Source of the DNA: Saccharolobus islandicus REY15A
GTDB taxonomy: Archaea; Thermoproteota; Thermoprotei_A; Sulfolobales; Sulfolobaceae
DNA length: 64,000 nucleotides
NCBI RefSeq assembly: GCF_000189555.1
Contig: NC_017276.1
Reading direction: 5' to 3' (one strand)
Part shown: one piece after another, positions 31,636 to 39,710 of the stretch
Layout: each line of letters begins with the position of its first letter
Numbering within the stretch: the stretch's first letter is position 1
Position numbers and translations under genes: made by a program
The notes under the pieces: model-generated
Told to the model about the DNA's origin: nothing
What the model saw: only the letters and a program-made list of their open reading frames with translations
Databases searched by the model: none

Positions 31636-32704
31636 GAAGCCATTGAGGGATATCTATTTTCACCTCTCTCCCTTCTAAAGCCGATTTGTATATACTTTCT
31701 AGTATGGCTACTCCTATAGCACCTTGTTCCGCTGAACATAATGGGTACTCCGGGATTCCCTTTGAAATGGAATCCATCACGGTTCTCCACACCTCTCTAT
31801 ACACGCTTCCTCTTTGTTGTTGAGTTGAAGGTGTACTGAGGAAGAGTTCATCCGCAATATTCCTCATAAAATTTAACATTCCATTATCTATATGTATTCC
31901 ACCCTTATTTCCTAAAACTACTACTTCCATTTTATTCTCCTTTATATATGAAGCCCAACTCACCTCCATGTAGGCTGATATTTCGTCCCCTAAATTTAAA
32001 AAGGCTGAACCAAAATCCTCAACCTCAACCTTAAAGTTAGGCAGATTAGGTGAGGGATAAACTGAGAACTTAGTCTTGTCATCAGAGAAAGCGCTATATG
32101 TTTTACCCGTAACACTTTTAGGCATTGGGAAGTCTGAGAGGAAAAGTAATAAATCTACGATATGTGTACCAATGTCAAATACTGCACCACCTTTAGCTAA
32201 GTCCTTCTTAATGAATGTCGGTGAGGTAGGTATTCCTCTTTGCCTTATATAAAATCCTCTCATATGGTATATTTTACCTACTTCACCACTTCTTATCAAT
32301 TTCTTAGCAATTAACATCGCTGGGTTAAACCTATTTTCATGGCCTACAACTAATACCTTATTTCTTTTTCTCGAAGCCTCTACTAGTGTTAAAGCCTCTT
32401 GAAATGAAGTAGCCATTGGCTTTTCCACGTAAACATTTGCGTCACTATTTATGGCATCTAATGCTATGGTTGCGTGAAGGCTGTGGGGTACTGCTACTAA
32501 AACGAGGTCTGGATTTTCATTTCTTAGCATTTCCTTGTAATCTAAATAACCTTTACACCCTGTTTTTTGAGAGAAATCTTTCACTCTTTTTTCATCTATG
32601 TCCGCGCAGTAGTCCACTTTTATCCCCAAGTCAGTTAGTGCTGGAAGATGGCCAGTAGTTACCCATCCTCCTAGCCCTACAATTCCTAATTTCATATCTA
32701 ACAT
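31610..32704 (-). CDS. Gfo/Idh/MocA oxidoreductase
   Basis: GLGGW, VPHSLH, VEKP, GGAVFDIGTH. Confidence 0.9.
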   Translation of the reverse strand: MLDMKLGIVGLGGWVTTGHLPALTDLGIKVDYCADIDEKRVKDFSQKTGCKGYLDYKEMLRNENPDLVLVAVPHSLHATIALDAINSDANVYVEKPMATSFQEALTLVEASRKRNKVLVVGHENRFNPAMLIAKKLIRSGEVGKIYHMRGFYIRQRGIPTSPTFIKKDLAKGGAVFDIGTHIVDLLLFLSDFPMPKSVTGKTYSAFSDDKTKFSVYPSPNLPNFKVEVEDFGSAFLNLGDEISAYMEVSWASYIKENKMEVVVLGNKGGIHIDNGMLNFMRNIADELFLSTPSTQQQRGSVYREVWRTVMDSISKGIPEYPLCSAEQGAIGVAILESIYKSALEGREVKIDIPQWLLKQSQPVS

Positions 32705-32889
32705 TTAATTATTAGATTTAAAAACTTTATTTGACGAGCGTTATGTAAAATAAAAAGGACTGCTTTCATATCTTGCTATCTCAACTCACCTGAAAATACA
32801 CTTGATTGAGCTTGGAGAAATAAACCCGTAATTTGGTAAATAGAATAAAGAGAAATCGGTATTTTCTATTATTAAGAGACTGGTTATGT

Positions 32890-34023
32890 TTAGAAAACCT
32901 CTTTTATTTTCAGATACAATAGTGACATTAACATTCTCATTATTCCTATTCCAATTAGCATGATATTTATGGCAACTGCTAAACTGAACCATTCTGAAAT
33001 AAGATTGAACATTAAACTTGAAATTGTTGAACCTAAAAGTGCGGCAATTCCGTTAAACATGTTGTATAGAGCTATATTAATCCTCTTTTCGTAATAGTCA
33101 GAGTGGTCAAATAGGAACGCAGTATAAGAGATTGAGGCGGAGTTCGTAAATCCAGAAACTAGATTAGCAATATATATCTCATAAGGTGTGGTGGAAAATG
33201 CATAAGCTAGTGGGAAAGTTGCTAAGGCAAATCTTCCAAAGAACATAACGAATTTTCTATGCCTATCAACTAATCTACCCACGAGCCTCTGTAATGCTAG
33301 GGTGGATGTTCCTCCTGTAACGTTAATTACAGCTACTTGAAATTCGTTCATATGGAACTTATACACTTGTGCCAATGGAAAAATCGGCCATGCCATTGAC
33401 CATACAAATGTAAAGATAAAGTTTGTCAAGATGAATTTTCTTACTTCAAGATTTGATGAAAACAGTTTTATACCATTACCTCTTGCAAACTCCGCATCAA
33501 CATCTGAATTATAGATTACGTAAGCGTTAAAAGCATATATTAAACCAGAAATGATAAAAAAGTACCGCATTAAGTCTAAATTATTACCTACGATAAATCC
33601 AGTTATTAATGTAGCTATTAAACCACCTATTGAGGCGTAAAAGTTATAATATGCTAGTGTTCTTCCTCTATGGGTTGTACTTATTTTATCCAAAATCAGT
33701 AACCAACCGAAGTTCGCAGCACCCAGACAAGCACTTATAATCGAGTAAACCAATACGAAATACTCATTGTATATTGCGTAAACTCCTATTAATATCCACA
33801 GTAAACCCCCAAATAAACTTCCAATTGCAATTAACTTTTTGGCTTTTATGTACAAATTTGCTAATACATATTGGATTATTCCAGGGAATGCAGTATTGGC
33901 AGAGGATACTATTGCCAATAAAGCACCCGTTATTCCATACGATGCAGTAAAGAACGATACGAAGGGATTTACGAGACTAATAGCCAAATTGTTAAGAAGT
34001 GAATAGAGTCTCAATGGCTTCAA
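32890..34023 (-). CDS. MFS permease, paralogue of the lacS-linked permease
   Basis: Same length (377 aa) and shared [16 protein letters not shown] and LVNPF.SF motifs. Confidence 0.87.
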   Translation of the reverse strand: MKPLRLYSLLNNLAISLVNPFVSFFTASYGITGALLAIVSSANTAFPGIIQYVLANLYIKAKKLIAIGSLFGGLLWILIGVYAIYNEYFVLVYSIISACLGAANFGWLLILDKISTTHRGRTLAYYNFYASIGGLIATLITGFIVGNNLDLMRYFFIISGLIYAFNAYVIYNSDVDAEFARGNGIKLFSSNLEVRKFILTNFIFTFVWSMAWPIFPLAQVYKFHMNEFQVAVINVTGGTSTLALQRLVGRLVDRHRKFVMFFGRFALATFPLAYAFSTTPYEIYIANLVSGFTNSASISYTAFLFDHSDYYEKRINIALYNMFNGIAALLGSTISSLMFNLISEWFSLAVAINIMLIGIGIMRMLMSLLYLKIKEVF

Positions 34024-34101
34024 TAGAGGTCATAATGGAGATTAATAGTTTAATCTTTTAAAGTTATTCCCTTTAAAATTTTTTGAAAAAACATATAATG
34101 A

Positions 34102-36273
34102 TTAGCTATTTAAAAGTTTTAAAATTAATTCCGGTTTAGTTGGCATTATATAGATGTTTTTACCTATGGCGTCTTCTACGGCATGTAGAATTGTTGGAGT
34201 TGCAGCAATGGCTGGCAGCTCTCCAATCCCCTTAGACCCTAATGGGGTGTCTGATTTAGCCAGTGCTAGAGACTTCCACTCCACTTTAACAGCTTCCATA
34301 GCAGTGGGAATAACGTAATCGGAGAAGTTGGAAGTTATTAATGAGCCCTCTGTCGAGTAAACAGTTTCCTCATATAGTGCTTGGGAAATACCTTGAAGAG
34401 CACCTCCATGAACTTGTCCCTCAGCTAAAAGCGGATTTACAACAACTCCCACATCGTCAAATGCCTTGTACTCTAACACTTTCACAAATCCAGTCTCCCT
34501 ATCTACCTCTACTAGTGCTATGTGTATTCCATATGGTGAGGTATAAGGTCTAATTGTGTAAGAGTATTCCTCCTCTGGATACACTCCCATACGCAGTGCT
34601 TCTCTAGCGGTATCAGCTAAACTCATTTCACCCTTTTTATGGTAGAACTTTCCATTCCTATACTCTATTTCCTCTGGCCTTACACCTAACTTTTCACCTA
34701 CAACTCTAAGCAACTTCTCTTTTAATCTTATTGAGGCTTCATACACTGCCGAACCTCCAACTGTTAAAGTTGTACTGCCACCCGTTAAACTACCATGGGA
34801 TATCAAGTCTGTATCTCCCCATAATACATCAATTTGGCTTACATCAACATCAAATACCTCAGCTGCTATTTGTGCAAATGCAGTGGCATCTCCTTGCCCA
34901 TGTGGAGTAAATCCACTCACGACTTGAATCCTACCATTGGGTGTAAGTTGTACTCTAGCAGTGCCAGTCCCGAAGGACGCTATCTCTGATACAATAGCTA
35001 CTCCCACTCCAGCTAACTTACCCTTAGCCCTTAACTCGTCACGTTTCCTTAATAGCTCATGATAAAACGGTTTAGCGATTTTTAATGTCTCCCTGTATTT
35101 TCCACTGTCATAGTACATTCCAGTCGGAGTATTATAGTGACTTACCTCATCAATTATATTAACTTCCCTAATTTCAAATTGATCAACACCTAAAGCCCTA
35201 GCTCCAAGGTTCAAAATCCTCTCTACGAAGTATGTAGCCTCAGGTCTACCAGCACCCCTATATGGACCTATAAACGTCTTATTAGTAGCAACACCTAGTA
35301 CCTTAACCTTTAGGGCATTAACCTTGTATCTACCTACCAATAATCTAGCTGCCGTAGTGGCCATTCCAAAGGAATCTTCATAAATCTCCCTTATTGGAGC
35401 ACCTAAATCCATGATCAGAGTTCCTTCTATTCCTAACAATTTTCCCTCCTTATCAAAGGCAGCCTTAAACTTTAACCTCATGTCCCTTCCATGATTTGTC
35501 GACATAAACTCTTCAGTCCTAGTATTAAACCACTTTATAGGCTTCCCAGTAAGAACTGCCAAATAGGATATTAGAGCTTCTTCGGGATAAATATAGATTT
35601 TACTACCAAATGCTCCTCCAACAAATGGCTGAACTACCCTAACGTCATTTACTCCATATTTTGATAAGAGTTGTATAAGAGTATCCTTTAATCCAAATAC
35701 ATTCTGTGTACTGCTCCATACCGTTAGCCTTCTTCCATCAAAGTAGGCTACAGCACCTCTAGGTTCCATTGCTGATGGAATCACTCTTTGGTTTATGACC
35801 TCAGCTTCAACTACCTTATAAGCGTTTTTAAATGCAGAATCTACATCTCCTATCTCTACATTATCCTCTAAAACAATATTTGAGCTCAAGTCGCTTTTAG
35901 CTTTATTAACGTTTTTCAACGCTTCCTCAACGTCAATAACTGCAGGTAATGGTTCGTATTCCACTTCTACTTGTTCAGCCAAATCCCTAGCCTTGTATTC
36001 ATCTTCAGCTAAAACAACTGCTAATGGTTGCCCTTGATAAAGTGCCTCTTCTTTAGCTAATCCGATGAGATCTGGTAAATCTTTAGCAGTGTAGCATAAT
36101 GCATCTTCTGGGCATCTTATACTCTTTATCTTTGCATGCGCGTACTGGCTTCTTATAAATACTGCGTAAAGTGTACCCTTAAAGTCAATGTCGTACACAA
36201 ATCTGCCTTTCCCTGTAATTAAAGAGGGATCTTCTATTATCCTCTTAACGGGCCTTCCTATTTCTCTTGGCAT
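34102..36273 (-). CDS. Xanthine-dehydrogenase-family molybdopterin large subunit (CutA/CoxL-like aldehyde oxidoreductase)
   Basis: VGGAFGSK, YRGAGRPE, HGQG, QVHGG..QG, KGIGE; lacks the form I CO dehydrogenase AYXCSFR loop. Confidence 0.9.
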   Translation of the reverse strand: MPREIGRPVKRIIEDPSLITGKGRFVYDIDFKGTLYAVFIRSQYAHAKIKSIRCPEDALCYTAKDLPDLIGLAKEEALYQGQPLAVVLAEDEYKARDLAEQVEVEYEPLPAVIDVEEALKNVNKAKSDLSSNIVLEDNVEIGDVDSAFKNAYKVVEAEVINQRVIPSAMEPRGAVAYFDGRRLTVWSSTQNVFGLKDTLIQLLSKYGVNDVRVVQPFVGGAFGSKIYIYPEEALISYLAVLTGKPIKWFNTRTEEFMSTNHGRDMRLKFKAAFDKEGKLLGIEGTLIMDLGAPIREIYEDSFGMATTAARLLVGRYKVNALKVKVLGVATNKTFIGPYRGAGRPEATYFVERILNLGARALGVDQFEIREVNIIDEVSHYNTPTGMYYDSGKYRETLKIAKPFYHELLRKRDELRAKGKLAGVGVAIVSEIASFGTGTARVQLTPNGRIQVVSGFTPHGQGDATAFAQIAAEVFDVDVSQIDVLWGDTDLISHGSLTGGSTTLTVGGSAVYEASIRLKEKLLRVVGEKLGVRPEEIEYRNGKFYHKKGEMSLADTAREALRMGVYPEEEYSYTIRPYTSPYGIHIALVEVDRETGFVKVLEYKAFDDVGVVVNPLLAEGQVHGGALQGISQALYEETVYSTEGSLITSNFSDYVIPTAMEAVKVEWKSLALAKSDTPLGSKGIGELPAIAATPTILHAVEDAIGKNIYIMPTKPELILKLLNS

Positions 36274-36407
36274 GGTCTAAGATATGTTATTTGTTAATAA
36301 AAACTTTATTACGACGGTCTTTTCGTAATACATCTCTTGGTAAACTTAACAAGTAAAGGATAACTATATTAACCTATTCAAAAGAGTTTAAACCTTATCT
36401 CTTGAAA

Positions 36408-36480
36408 GGGAGGCCAGGGCAACTCCCCATTAAATCCCCATAACCCCCTTTTATTACCCCATTTGCCCTGGCCCTATCCC
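36408..36480 (-). ncRNA. Candidate structured ncRNA: 11-bp stem enclosing a four-G-tract quadruplex motif
   Basis: GGCCAGGGCAA (36412-36422) pairs perfectly with TTGCCCTGGCC (36463-36473); the minus-strand loop is G4-N8-G5-N4-G4-N7-G4; TATA-like TTTTTAAG at 36512-36505 on the minus strand. Confidence 0.45.
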
Positions 36481-36606
36481 ATGGCTATATATTGAAAATC
36501 TATGCTTAAAAACTTTACTTTCATCATACTAAGTAAAAAGTACATATTCTATAATTATAGTATAGAAACTCTAAACTTATCAGTTATACTATTAAATGTA
36601 TTATTT

Positions 36607-37836
36607 TTAAACGGTGGAATATAATCCTCTAGCTACCTTGGGTATGAAGTCCTCTACTTGCTGTGGATCGAAACTAATCTTCCTCCCATTCTCAGCTGAA
36701 AGGTAGGCGTGCATCATAAGTTGGACTATTAATAATCCGTCATACCAATTTTCTAATGGCATTTTACGGGATAGGAAAGACTCAACCATATGCCTATCCT
36801 CTCCTTGATACCCGTAAGTTACCGCCTCATCCGGTATAATTGGCATTAATCCTTGGTCTGCATTTTGCTTTTCGACAAAAGTTTCAGATGGTGGAAGTTT
36901 AATGTTTCTACTGAAGAACGTTGATAGTTCCGATTGTAGAGTATTAATGTTAACACTGTATTCCGGCCCTAACACCTCAACCGATAATCTAAGCCCAGCT
37001 CCAACGAAGTTCCACGAAGTCCTGGTCTCAGCCATTATTAAATTCCCTATATCGTCCTCATAAGTTATAACAGTTAATGCGTAATCCTCAGCTGGTTCCT
37101 TCACGAAGTCCACGTTATACCTTTCTTTTAAATGCCTAGCATACTCTTCCTTATTCCACTTTAACGTTTCTATCTCAGCGTACACGTGTTTCGGCTTAAG
37201 TGAGGATTTATCCTTTGAAGGGTCAGTTAGTAAAAATCTAGTTGCCTCCAAACTGTGACAAGTCATATCTATTAATGCCCCTCCACCAGAAATAGTTGGT
37301 TTCCAAAACCAGCTATTATGAGGGCCAGAGTGCTCTTCAGCTGCTCTTGCCAAGTATGGTGTTCCGGAATTCCTCGCCCCCATCTCCCAGATAGCCTCCT
37401 TAGCCCTTACCACAGAAGGCATGAAGATCTGATTCTCCAAGTATCCGTGCAGTAGACCAGCCTTCTCCACCAATCTGATCATCTCCTTAGCTTCCTTCAC
37501 ATTTCTAGCTAAGGGTTTTTCTACGGCTATTCCGTATACGTTAGATCTCCCTTGCGAGACCTCTTCGCTAATCAATTTCGTGTATTCTAAATGTGCATCA
37601 TTGGGGACAGTTAGCCATACTGCATTAATCTCCTTATCTGATAGCATTTTACTAATATCGTCATACACTTTAGGTTTCCCTAATCCCACTTGTTCAGATA
37701 ATCCAGCAAATTCTTTAGAAGAGTTTAGATTTCTAGAATAAACTCCCTTAACTTCTACATTCCTAACTCCCACTAATCCCCTTAGATGAAACCTAGCTGA
37801 AAACCCACTTCCTAAAAACGCGATACCTAAAGCCAT
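36607..37836 (-). CDS. Gfo/Idh/MocA oxidoreductase (long form)
   Basis: GSGFSA, VPNDAH, VEKP, GGGALIDMTCH. ATG at 37836 preferred over TTG at 37854. Confidence 0.88.
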   Translation of the reverse strand: MALGIAFLGSGFSARFHLRGLVGVRNVEVKGVYSRNLNSSKEFAGLSEQVGLGKPKVYDDISKMLSDKEINAVWLTVPNDAHLEYTKLISEEVSQGRSNVYGIAVEKPLARNVKEAKEMIRLVEKAGLLHGYLENQIFMPSVVRAKEAIWEMGARNSGTPYLARAAEEHSGPHNSWFWKPTISGGGALIDMTCHSLEATRFLLTDPSKDKSSLKPKHVYAEIETLKWNKEEYARHLKERYNVDFVKEPAEDYALTVITYEDDIGNLIMAETRTSWNFVGAGLRLSVEVLGPEYSVNINTLQSELSTFFSRNIKLPPSETFVEKQNADQGLMPIIPDEAVTYGYQGEDRHMVESFLSRKMPLENWYDGLLIVQLMMHAYLSAENGRKISFDPQQVEDFIPKVARGLYSTV

Positions 37837-37873
37837 AAAATAAGTTTGTAACAATAATTAAAAAATATATAGG

Positions 37874-39658
37874 TTAAACTCTCATTAGACAGCCCGACTT
37901 AGCTCTAACTACTCCTTGGCATGAGTCCATATCCTCTTTAATTTTCACGTTAAGTTCATATTCCTTATCCTCCCATGTGTGGTTTAAAACCGCTATCAAG
38001 CTCTCTCCTTTTCCTTCAAGGTACTGTATTTCAACACCAAAGTCTTGTTTTGGAAAGCTCTGTTCTATATTGGCTACTCTCCCAATATAATTATAAAGTG
38101 ATAAGTGGCGTTTATCCATTATCTCGTTGTTTGAGGATATTAACTCTAGAGGTATTGTGGAGAGGATAGCGTTGCCCTTTCCTCTTTTAGCAATGAAAAT
38201 TACACCATTGTTGCTATCATCTACTCCTATTACTTTAGCATCTTTTTCTTTAAATGAATAGGTGTATAAATTAGATTGTCCCAACTCGTATATATTATTA
38301 TCTAATCTTATTCTTTCTGGGACCTTAACTCCCTTACTCCCTGCGTAATTGCTGGGGATTACTCCAAAAAGTTCCTCCCATAAGTGTGTTGCAGACAGAT
38401 GCGTTAGAGTATAGGTTGAGAAGTAGATAGTACTACCATTTTCAACTACCTTTAATAATTTCCTCCACGTCGTTGTAAGTAGTCTAGTAACGGAGGGTAT
38501 TATTAATAATTTATAACTTGATAAATTTTCATCCTCCTCTCTTGCAAATGTAACTTGAATGTTGGATAGTCTAGCGAACGTAAACGCTTGATTCAATACC
38601 CTAGCGAAATCCCATCTTTTGTTTTGCTCGTAAACGAATTGGAAGTTCCTATAAAACCACGAGGGTACTAGTATTGCTGAATCCCTTTTAGGCACTTTAT
38701 AAGATGATAGCTCAATATCCTTTATTTTGCTACTGAAATCCTTTACCACTTTGGCAGCAATCTTCTCACTTCCATCTTGTCTTATCACTCCAAAGGTTAA
38801 TTCGTGAGGTTCCCATAGATATGGTTCATCACCCTCCCTCGGGAAGTCGGAAAAACACCATATCAATGCACCATCAGCACCGTAAACTAACGCTCCCCTC
38901 AGTATTAATCCTATAAACTTAGCGTGACTTTCCTCAGAGTACAATGAAGTAGGAAATCCAAACTCCTCTAGAATTACCGGCAATCTGGAACTTTGATCGT
39001 ATTCCAAGGTCATGAAGTATTGAAATGAATGTCTAACTGGATCTTGATCGTACAAATAAATATGTGGAGAGGCATAATCGACAATTCCCTTAACGTTTTC
39101 TGGTCTTAAGAAATTGTGGGAAAATGGAGAAACGTTATCTCCAACCGAGACTACGTGTTGGTCATCAATTCCCTTAATGTAACTATACAATTCCTTAAGC
39201 CATCTCAAGAACACATCGTCATTTTGTGGTACTCTCACTAATGATATCTCGTTTGTTAGTATCCATCCCATTATTGCCTTACTTTGCTTAAAACTATTCA
39301 CAACATCTCCTATAAACCTCTTCGTTTGTTCAATCTTGTCGTAAATTGTATTATCAATATCCCATGGGATACCCCAGTTCTTTCCACTCATATGACCTAC
39401 AATTAAGGTTAATAGAACTTTTATGGAATGCCTTTCCGCCTCTTCAAGAAATCTCCCAATTTTACCTTTACATTCATGTTTCAGATTACCTAGTTGATCT
39501 GCGCAATCCTCATCCAATACGAATGCCCTAATAGTGTTTATCCCTAGTTCACTCATTAATTCGAAATCTTTTTTAATTTCTTCAATTTCAAAGCTACTCC
39601 ACATCTTTATATTTGATATCCTAGGCCAATAGTTGAAGCCTAAGATGAACTTTTTCAT
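37874..39658 (-). CDS. GH5 beta-mannosidase/mannanase-like glycoside hydrolase
   Basis: GFNYWPR, LTNE acid/base, ILEEFG nucleophile, WCFSDF, HELTFG; C-terminal GH42-like trimerisation domain. Confidence 0.87.
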   Translation of the reverse strand: MKKFILGFNYWPRISNIKMWSSFEIEEIKKDFELMSELGINTIRAFVLDEDCADQLGNLKHECKGKIGRFLEEAERHSIKVLLTLIVGHMSGKNWGIPWDIDNTIYDKIEQTKRFIGDVVNSFKQSKAIMGWILTNEISLVRVPQNDDVFLRWLKELYSYIKGIDDQHVVSVGDNVSPFSHNFLRPENVKGIVDYASPHIYLYDQDPVRHSFQYFMTLEYDQSSRLPVILEEFGFPTSLYSEESHAKFIGLILRGALVYGADGALIWCFSDFPREGDEPYLWEPHELTFGVIRQDGSEKIAAKVVKDFSSKIKDIELSSYKVPKRDSAILVPSWFYRNFQFVYEQNKRWDFARVLNQAFTFARLSNIQVTFAREEDENLSSYKLLIIPSVTRLLTTTWRKLLKVVENGSTIYFSTYTLTHLSATHLWEELFGVIPSNYAGSKGVKVPERIRLDNNIYELGQSNLYTYSFKEKDAKVIGVDDSNNGVIFIAKRGKGNAILSTIPLELISSNNEIMDKRHLSLYNYIGRVANIEQSFPKQDFGVEIQYLEGKGESLIAVLNHTWEDKEYELNVKIKEDMDSCQGVVRAKSGCLMRV

Positions 39659-39680
39659 ATTTAAGAATCATAATTTCATA

Positions 39681-39708
39681 TTTATATACTTCTGTGCAAG
39701 AAGTATAT
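39681..39708. promoter_or_regulatory. Divergent GH5/GH38 promoter: centred TATA plus 10-bp inverted repeat
   Basis: TTTATATA (39681-39688) lies 22 nt from each ATG; ATATACTTCT-N5-AGAAGTATAT at 39684-39708. Confidence 0.6.
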
Positions 39709-39710
39709 TT

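Noticed and set aside
34102-36273. Aerobic CO dehydrogenase
   Set aside because: The active-site loop is PYRGAGR, not the form I AYXCSFR; medium and small subunit genes are absent here.
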